Of a stretch of DNA of 12,693 nt, positions 7,175 through 12,693 are shown piece by piece. Source of the stretch: a candidate division FCPU426 bacterium (GTDB lineage: Bacteria; Oederibacteriota; JAAXVQ01; JAUVAV01); NCBI GenBank assembly GCA_030637655.1, contig DAOWGI010000035.1, forward strand, positions 1 through 12,693. The letters run 5' to 3'. Made by a program: the position numbers and the translations under genes. Below the pieces are notes generated by a model. It saw only the letters and a program-made list of their open reading frames with translations. It had not been told where the DNA came from and did no database searches. How positions within the stretch are numbered: position 1 is the stretch's first letter; each line of letters begins with the position of its first letter.

Positions 7175-7888
7175 TTACAGGTTACGCAGGCCAATCTCAC
7201 GCACATAGGGCCGGGCTATCTCCTGAAAACGCTCCAGCACTTCGCGCGGATAGGGCGGACGGCCATTCAAATCAGGATGGGTAACATGCGTGGGCAGATA
7301 TTGCTGCAGATAATAGGCAGGCGCTCCCTGAATTAATTTGGCAATGGCCAAAACATCCTGGTCCATGACCAAACCCGGAACACAAGTGGTGCGGAACTCA
7401 TATTCCAAATTAGAAGTGGACTTTAAAAAGGAAACGGTCTCTTGCAACTGCTCGGCAGCGTCCGCCGGCGCTTGCAAAGCCCGGGGATAGCGCTGCGGAG
7501 AAGTCTTCATATCCACTGCCACATAATCCACCAAATTCTCTTTGACCAATATCTTGAGGATATTGGCACGCATGCCATTGGTATCCAATTTGATAGTCAG
7601 ACCCGTCGTGCGGAGGCTGCGTAAAAGATAGGTCAATTGCGCATGAACTGTCGGCTCCCCACCGGTTACCACAATACCATCCAATAGTTTTCGGCGGCGC
7701 TTGATGGCCTCAATCAATTCGTCCAAACGGAGGTCTTCCAGTCCCTGATCTTCGCTCACCAATAGCGTATTATGGCAAAAAGGGCAGCGCAAGTTGCAGC
7801 CGCTTAGAAAAACCACGGCGGCAACCCGGCCCGGAAAATCAATTAGGGAAGTCCCTAAAAATCCCTTGATGCCCTGAATAATATTCAT
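7175..7888 (-). CDS. nrdG: Anaerobic ribonucleoside-triphosphate reductase activating protein (radical SAM)
   Basis: SLIDFPG..AAVVFL.GCNLRCPFCHN (CxxxCxxC), GIVVTGGEPT, KLDTNG, YEFRTT. Confidence 0.95.
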   Translation of the reverse strand: MNIIQGIKGFLGTSLIDFPGRVAAVVFLSGCNLRCPFCHNTLLVSEDQGLEDLRLDELIEAIKRRRKLLDGIVVTGGEPTVHAQLTYLLRSLRTTGLTIKLDTNGMRANILKILVKENLVDYVAVDMKTSPQRYPRALQAPADAAEQLQETVSFLKSTSNLEYEFRTTCVPGLVMDQDVLAIAKLIQGAPAYYLQQYLPTHVTHPDLNGRPPYPREVLERFQEIARPYVREIGLRNL

Positions 7889-8034
7889 TTGGTAACAGTC
7901 TCTTTGGTTGGCACTTCAAATTCAGTCCGATCTTTGAATTCTTCGCGTTTGCCTTTATTCCATTGCTGTACCGGCCGGAAATACCCGACCACACGGGAAT
8001 ACACCTCGGTTTTTTGCGTACATTTCTTTGACAT
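7885..8034 (-). CDS. 49-aa stand-alone glycyl-radical segment of class III RNR (separate NrdD C-terminus)
   Basis: My translation: MSKKCTQKTEVYSRVVGYFRPVQQWNKGKREEFKDRTEFEVPTKETVTK*; RVVGY glycyl-radical motif and WNKGK.EEF.DR; strong RBS AAAGGAGGT; stop overlaps the nrdG start (ATGA). Confidence 0.93.
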   Translation of the reverse strand: MSKKCTQKTEVYSRVVGYFRPVQQWNKGKREEFKDRTEFEVPTKETVTK

Positions 8035-8039
8035 GGATA

Positions 8040-10130
8040 TTACCTCCTTTCACTCGTTACAGGAGTGGGTGAAGTTTTGACTTGCTCTTTTTCCCGGGTT
8101 TGAATTTCTTTGACAGGCGGCTCCTCGTAAGCAACCCGGCCTTCTTCCTTCATATGCGGACACTCGTAATGCTCTCCGCGGATGTATCCATGCACCGGAC
8201 ATACGGAGAAGGTTGGCGAGATGGTAAAATACGGCAAATGATAATTTTCCGCAATACGCCGCACCAAATTGCGGCAAGCCATGGGATTATCAATACTCTC
8301 GCCCAGGAAAATATGTAAAACCGTGCCACCGGTATAACTGGCTTGTAATTCATCCTGATGCTCCAGGACCTCAAAAATATCAGTAGAGCCATCCACTGGA
8401 TATTGGGTGGAATTGGTATAATAGGGTTCATCCGTACCTGACGTCAGTATATCTGGAAATTCGCGCCGGTCCAAGCTGGCAAAGCGATACGAAGTCCCTT
8501 CTCCCGGTGTGGCTTCCAAGTTATAAAGATCACCATCCTCTTCCTGGTATTCCTGCAAACGCTTCCGCATAACGTGCAAGGTCTTGAGCGCTAAATCCCG
8601 GCCCTCATTACTGTCAATGCCTTTGCCAATTAGATTCCGCACAGCCTCGTGCATGCCGGAAAGACCGATGGTGGAAAAATGATTGGACCAGTATTGTCCG
8701 ATGCGCTGTTTGACTCCGGCTAAATAAAATTTGGAATAGGGGTATAGATTTTTCTCAGTATACCGCTCCACAATCTTGCGCTTGGTTTGCAGGCTCTCAC
8801 GAGCAAGGTCCATGAGATTGAGAATGCGGGAATGGAATTCATCCTCAGAGGTTGACAAATACGCTGCCCGGGACATATTCAAGGTCACCACACCCAGACT
8901 CCCGGTCAAAGGATTGGAGCCAAATAATCCGCCGCCGCGTTTGCGCAGTTCGCGATTATCCAAACGCAGACGGCAACACATGGAACGCGCGTCTTCCGGA
9001 TCCATATCACTGTTAATGAAATTGGCAAAATAGGGTATGCCGTATTTCGCGGTCATGGCAAAAATATCATTCACAATCGGCGCTTCCCAATTAAAATCAC
9101 GTGTCAGGTTGTAGGTAGGTATGGGGAAGGTAAAAATACGTCCGCGCGCGTCTCCTTGCATCATAACTTCACAAAAGGCCTTATTGAACATATCCATCTC
9201 ATTTTGGAACTCACCATAAGTACACTCTTGCAGCTCTCCGCCAATGATGACCGGTTCACATTTCATGCGTTCCGGTATCTGCAAATCCATGGTCACATTG
9301 GTAAACGGAGTTTGGAAACCGACCCGGGTAGGCACATTGATATTAAATATGAATTCCTGCATGCATTGCACCACTTCACGATAGCTGAGTTTATCGTACG
9401 CGATGAACGGCGCCAGGTAGGTATCAAAATTCGAAAACGCCTGAGCGCCGGCCGCCTCGCCCTGCAGGGTGAAAAAGAAATTGCAGATTTGTCCCAAAGC
9501 GGTCCGGAAATGGTTGGGTGGACCACTCTCGGTTTTTCCATAGGCACCTTGCAGTCCCTGCATAAACAGATCGCGCAGATCCCAACCGCAACAGTAGACC
9601 GAGAGAGAACCGAGGTCATGAATATGAAAATCACCGTTTAAGTGCGCGGCCCGGACGCGTTCGGAATGAATTTCCTCCAGCCAATATTGCGAAACCAAAA
9701 TGGCGGTAATATGATTATTCATCCCTTGCAAGGAATAGCTCATGTTGGAGTTTTCTTTAATACGCCAATCATTTTTTCCCAGATAATTATCAATAAGCTC
9801 ATTGGCCGATGAGAAGAGCTCTTGGGTATGGCGCAGTTTAGTGTGCTGGGCGCGATAGAGAATATATTGCTTGGAGACTTCTTTAAAACCCTGGTCCATC
9901 AAGGTGGTTTCAACGATGTCCTGGACATTTTCTACAGTTGGAATCTGATCTCCCTTGTAGATCGCGCGCAAGATGTTGTGGACTCGACGCGCAACATTTT
10001 GGGCTTGTTCAAGATCATGTTGACCAACAGCTGACATAGACCGGTACACTGCATTGACAATCTTCTGCTCATCAAAAAGAACTAATCGCCCATCCCTTTT
10101 CCTAATCTGGCCAATGCCCTGAATTTCCAT
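8040..10130 (-). CDS. nrdD: Class III ribonucleoside-triphosphate reductase large subunit with N-terminal ATP cone, lacking the glycyl-radical loop
   Basis: IRKRDGR...FD..KI ATP cone; HIHDL...YCCGW; SMCCRL finger loop; GS.GVVTLN; LEATPGEG; YTGGTVLH; CPVH...CPH; start moved to ATG 10130 after AGGGGG. Confidence 0.95.
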   Translation of the reverse strand: MEIQGIGQIRKRDGRLVLFDEQKIVNAVYRSMSAVGQHDLEQAQNVARRVHNILRAIYKGDQIPTVENVQDIVETTLMDQGFKEVSKQYILYRAQHTKLRHTQELFSSANELIDNYLGKNDWRIKENSNMSYSLQGMNNHITAILVSQYWLEEIHSERVRAAHLNGDFHIHDLGSLSVYCCGWDLRDLFMQGLQGAYGKTESGPPNHFRTALGQICNFFFTLQGEAAGAQAFSNFDTYLAPFIAYDKLSYREVVQCMQEFIFNINVPTRVGFQTPFTNVTMDLQIPERMKCEPVIIGGELQECTYGEFQNEMDMFNKAFCEVMMQGDARGRIFTFPIPTYNLTRDFNWEAPIVNDIFAMTAKYGIPYFANFINSDMDPEDARSMCCRLRLDNRELRKRGGGLFGSNPLTGSLGVVTLNMSRAAYLSTSEDEFHSRILNLMDLARESLQTKRKIVERYTEKNLYPYSKFYLAGVKQRIGQYWSNHFSTIGLSGMHEAVRNLIGKGIDSNEGRDLALKTLHVMRKRLQEYQEEDGDLYNLEATPGEGTSYRFASLDRREFPDILTSGTDEPYYTNSTQYPVDGSTDIFEVLEHQDELQASYTGGTVLHIFLGESIDNPMACRNLVRRIAENYHLPYFTISPTFSVCPVHGYIRGEHYECPHMKEEGRVAYEEPPVKEIQTREKEQVKTSPTPVTSERR

Positions 10131-10257
10131 AAAAAGAATGCCCCCCTGCAAGAATGGCTGAGATATACGGCCTCTGATTACGAGAAAAAAGGCCTTATTT
10201 CGTCAATTTTCAGTAGAAATAGTATAGAAATTGGTAAAACTGGGTTTTCTGCTAAGA

Positions 10258-10305
10258 TCACAATATCTTGTTGTATGGCTAATATCGATATACTATATAC
10301 ACGAC
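10258..10305. promoter_or_regulatory. Putative tandem NrdR boxes
   Basis: TCACAATATCTTGTTG (10258-10273) fits acaCwAtATaTwGtg; weaker ATACTATATACACGAC starts 32 bp away (10290-10305); upstream of nrdD. Confidence 0.65.
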
Positions 10306-10323
10306 ATACACATATATTGTCAA
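10292..10323 (-). promoter_or_regulatory. Putative nrdD promoter
   Basis: Perfect TTGACA at 10323-10318 followed after 18-20 bp by TATATAGT; spacing not optimal. Confidence 0.45.
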
Positions 10324-10415
10324 TCGTATATTTTATTAATATTTTTCCTGTTTTTTTGCTCCCGACGGCAACAGCAATTTCGGTAAAATGTCAGTGAACT
10401 GCGGTTAAACAAAGG

Positions 10416-10491
10416 TTGTCATTCCCGAGGGTTTAATCGGGAATCTGGTTTTTTAAACCGTATCCCCGATACAAGCATTCGGGGATGACAA
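10416..10491. repeat. Double-hairpin palindromic repeat TTGTCATTCCCG...CGGGAATC...TATCCCCG...CGGGGATGACAA
   Basis: Terminal inverted repeat TTGTCATYCCCG with two internal hairpins; related to 51-79. Confidence 0.85.
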
Positions 10492-10577
10492 ACAAAAAAA
10501 CACATGACTGACATATTATCAATTTCGTGATTTTTCGCTTGCTTTTTTAAAAATTGCCACAGCGTACAGTCCTTGAG

Positions 10578-10605
10578 GTAAAGGCGACCGGCCGGTCGCC
10601 CCTAC
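10578..10605. repeat. GTAG-type REP palindrome (minus strand GTAGGGGCGACCGGCCGGTCGCCTTTAC)
   Basis: GC-rich palindrome 3 bp past the stop of the 10609 gene; may also act as a terminator or mRNA stabiliser. Confidence 0.8.
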
Positions 10606-10608
10606 GGT

Positions 10609-12018
10609 TTATTTTTTCTTCGCCGTCTTTTTAACCTTTTTCTTCACCACTTTTTTAGTCACTTTCTTTTTCACACCAGCTTTGTTCTGCTTAAAAGCCG
10701 GTACCGGCGGTTGCCAGGTTGCAGTCGAACGAACTTCTGTTTTTGCTTTTGTTTTTGCTTTTGCTTTTGGCACTGCAGGTTTTTGCCGCGTGTCGGCAAT
10801 TTTTGCCGCTATAGCTTTGGCTGGTGTTGCCATAGGTTGTGGTTGTGGTTGTGGTTGTGGTTTAGCTTTCACCATCCCCTGCTTGCCTGGTTTTTCAAAT
10901 CCCCTGGTCAACCACATGGCGCCAATACCAACCAGAACAACCAGTGCCATCAAGACCCCGCCTAAAATAGGAATCAACCCCATAAGCGCTAAAATCGTGA
11001 ACCCGAGTGCCATGGCCCCCAGGCTGGGACCAGTAGCTCCGACCTTAGGTTTAATTAATAAAATCCCCAGCAGGTATCCCATACCAATACCTGCTGCCAA
11101 CATAACAAGCAGGAAAAGAAGTCCTAGAATAATGGCCGGCGGAATACCAATCAAAGATATAATAAGCACTACCAATAAAATAAGTGTCCCGAAAACGGTT
11201 AAAGCACCCCAACCCATACTGGGCCAAAATTTATAACGCATCACCATGGCATAGCGCCGGATTTGATTCGGCAGGAGTATTACAAACAGGCACCCAAAAA
11301 TAAGCGCTCCTAAATATACCGAAACCCGGAATAATATTTTGCCTATATGCCATATGTTCTTCCACCCTGAATCAGCGCCAACACCATCCTTTGGCACGGG
11401 TGTTTTCCAATTCGGCGGATACTGGACCACTGCTCCGGTATTGGTCTGGATCTCATGACTGGAAATATAGTCCATAGGTCCCAATATTTTTGCCTTGCGT
11501 CCCAGTACGATGGAATCTGCGGTAATGTACAGCTTGCCGGTAACCGTAGCATCAATAAGTACCTTTTTCGCCTTGATTCCCAGATTGCCATTCACCAGGC
11601 CTGACACGTGCACGTCCGAACCTAAAATCCACACATCTTTTTCAAACATACTCTCCGGACTGATGAAAATTTCCGATCCCAAAATTAGTGTGCTGCCGAC
11701 CACACTCCCGGAAAACATAATTTCACTGCCCACTACCCGCGCATCATCCCCGACCTTGGCTCTCACTTCAACTTTTATAGCAGCCAGGTTTAAGTCTTGC
11801 ATCACTTTCCCGGAAATCACGACCTGGGATGACCCGGCCGCAAACAAATCCTGCTGTGCCTCACCCTGAAAAATTACTTTTTCTCCGGCCATATATAAAT
11901 CTTCTTCCACTTGTACATTTTGATCCAGTATGATTTCATCTCTGAATAAAAACTGCATGCCCCAGGCGGAAACCTGAGTGAGCATAAGAACAGCCATGAG
12001 CATTACTATTTTTTTCAT
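10609..12018 (-). CDS. Bactofilin-like (polymer-forming) beta-helix membrane protein with signal peptide, TM bundle and basic low-complexity tail
   Basis: AAGGAG RBS before MKKIVML; signal-like N-terminus; repeated V.I.G.V..DL units; about 5-6 hydrophobic helices; PQ repeats and Lys/Ala/Val-rich C-terminus. Confidence 0.8.
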   Translation of the reverse strand: MKKIVMLMAVLMLTQVSAWGMQFLFRDEIILDQNVQVEEDLYMAGEKVIFQGEAQQDLFAAGSSQVVISGKVMQDLNLAAIKVEVRAKVGDDARVVGSEIMFSGSVVGSTLILGSEIFISPESMFEKDVWILGSDVHVSGLVNGNLGIKAKKVLIDATVTGKLYITADSIVLGRKAKILGPMDYISSHEIQTNTGAVVQYPPNWKTPVPKDGVGADSGWKNIWHIGKILFRVSVYLGALIFGCLFVILLPNQIRRYAMVMRYKFWPSMGWGALTVFGTLILLVVLIISLIGIPPAIILGLLFLLVMLAAGIGMGYLLGILLIKPKVGATGPSLGAMALGFTILALMGLIPILGGVLMALVVLVGIGAMWLTRGFEKPGKQGMVKAKPQPQPQPQPMATPAKAIAAKIADTRQKPAVPKAKAKTKAKTEVRSTATWQPPVPAFKQNKAGVKKKVTKKVVKKKVKKTAKKK

Positions 12019-12131
12019 ATGACGCTCCTTTAAGAACAAGATCAGGATGGTATTTCAAAACCCCACAGTCTGATAATTACAAGAAAAAACATAGCACCTG
12101 CACAGTATTTTATCAAAAAAAAACGTGCCTG

Positions 12132-12583
12132 TCAGTCAAGCAAAGCTATTATTTTCATCTCTTCACCGCAACTGGGACAGATAAGCGGATCTACTTCCCA
12201 AATTTTCTTGATCAACTCCCGCCATTTTTTTGATGGCACTTCCGGAGCTTGGTAGGTCGAGATGTCTATTAATATTTCGAGCATTTGAGCAGGTGAACAC
12301 TTGACCGCAGCCTTTCTACTGCTCTTCTGATCAACTGTTCGGCTGCTTTGATTTTCGCAAAGCGAAAATCCGGTATATGCTGCGTTATGGCTGCTATAAA
12401 TTCTCCCGCAGTAAATACTTTGAAGTTCCCTTTGACCTTGGGATTTGGCTTTGAGCGGTATATCACGCTTCCCGTCTTTTCATTATACAACATCTTTTTT
12501 TCTGAAAACGGACTCCGGATTATATACTGCGCCAGTCGTTCCAGACCTGACTTGGCTTCCCTTTTGACTGGTTCTCCCTTATG
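12132..12583 (-). pseudogene. IS91-family (Y2 HUH) transposase remnant in two frames
   Basis: HKGEPVKREAKSGLERLAQYIIRSPFSEKK...F.VFTAGEFIAAITQHIPD, then in another frame KKWRELIKKIWEVDPLICPSCGEEMKIIALLD*; the expected VRYYGxYS segment is missing. Confidence 0.8.
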
Positions 12584-12604
12584 CAGACGCGATTAATCGC
12601 GTCT
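12583..12604. repeat. REP palindrome GCAGACGCGATTAATCGCGTCT
   Basis: Perfect palindrome core AGACGCGATTAATCGCGTCT; sister copy at 12644. Confidence 0.85.
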
Positions 12605-12643
12605 TTGTTATTTGAGACAAAAGACAGAAAAAACCATTTTTAT

Positions 12644-12670
12644 GTAGAGACGCGATTTATCGCGTCTCTG
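12644..12670. repeat. GTAG-type REP palindrome GTAGAGACGCGATTTATCGCGTCTCTG
   Basis: GTAG start and 11-bp stem; forms a REP doublet with 12583-12604. Confidence 0.85.
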
Positions 12671-12693
12671 TCAGGCATCATCAACAATTAGAA

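Noticed and set aside
8034-8160. nrdD as a frameshifted pseudogene, readthrough product or intein host
   Set aside because: The small ORF has its own strong RBS and ATG and is coupled to nrdG; the frames differ, so no simple readthrough; no intein motifs seen
356-11869. Antisense or alternate-frame ORFs inside genes (e.g. 356-538, 563-829, 3351-3629, 3978-4325, 9156-9641, 10682-11236, 11495-11869)
   Set aside because: Shadows of well-supported genes with no recognisable motifs
12172-12185. CTGGGACAGATAAG as another TGWCCCC-type site
   Set aside because: Explained as coding sequence (LICPS) of the IS91 remnant

Overview
Bacterial window with two parts. The left part (1 to ~6.6 kb) is an accessory mosaic. 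It holds a duplicated DUF985 cupin gene flanking a NagX/HGSNAT-like membrane acyltransferase, a 214-bp MITE with an 8-bp target duplication, a TPR-containing protein, a DUF4160/DUF2442 toxin-antitoxin pair, and truncated receiver-domain and Fic genes. These units are repeatedly delimited by short REP-like palindromic sites (AAAGGTGGYTGGCACC / TGWCCCC). The right part is a class III (anaerobic) ribonucleotide reductase operon with putative NrdR boxes, followed by a bactofilin-like membrane protein and a decayed IS91-family transposase ending at REP palindromes. The main observation is that NrdD is split: the large subunit stops inside the C-terminal Zn knuckle, and the glycyl-radical loop plus the apparent fourth Zn ligand are on a separate 49-aa gene (7885-8034) missing from the ORF track. 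All family calls come from motif recognition by eye, not database searches.
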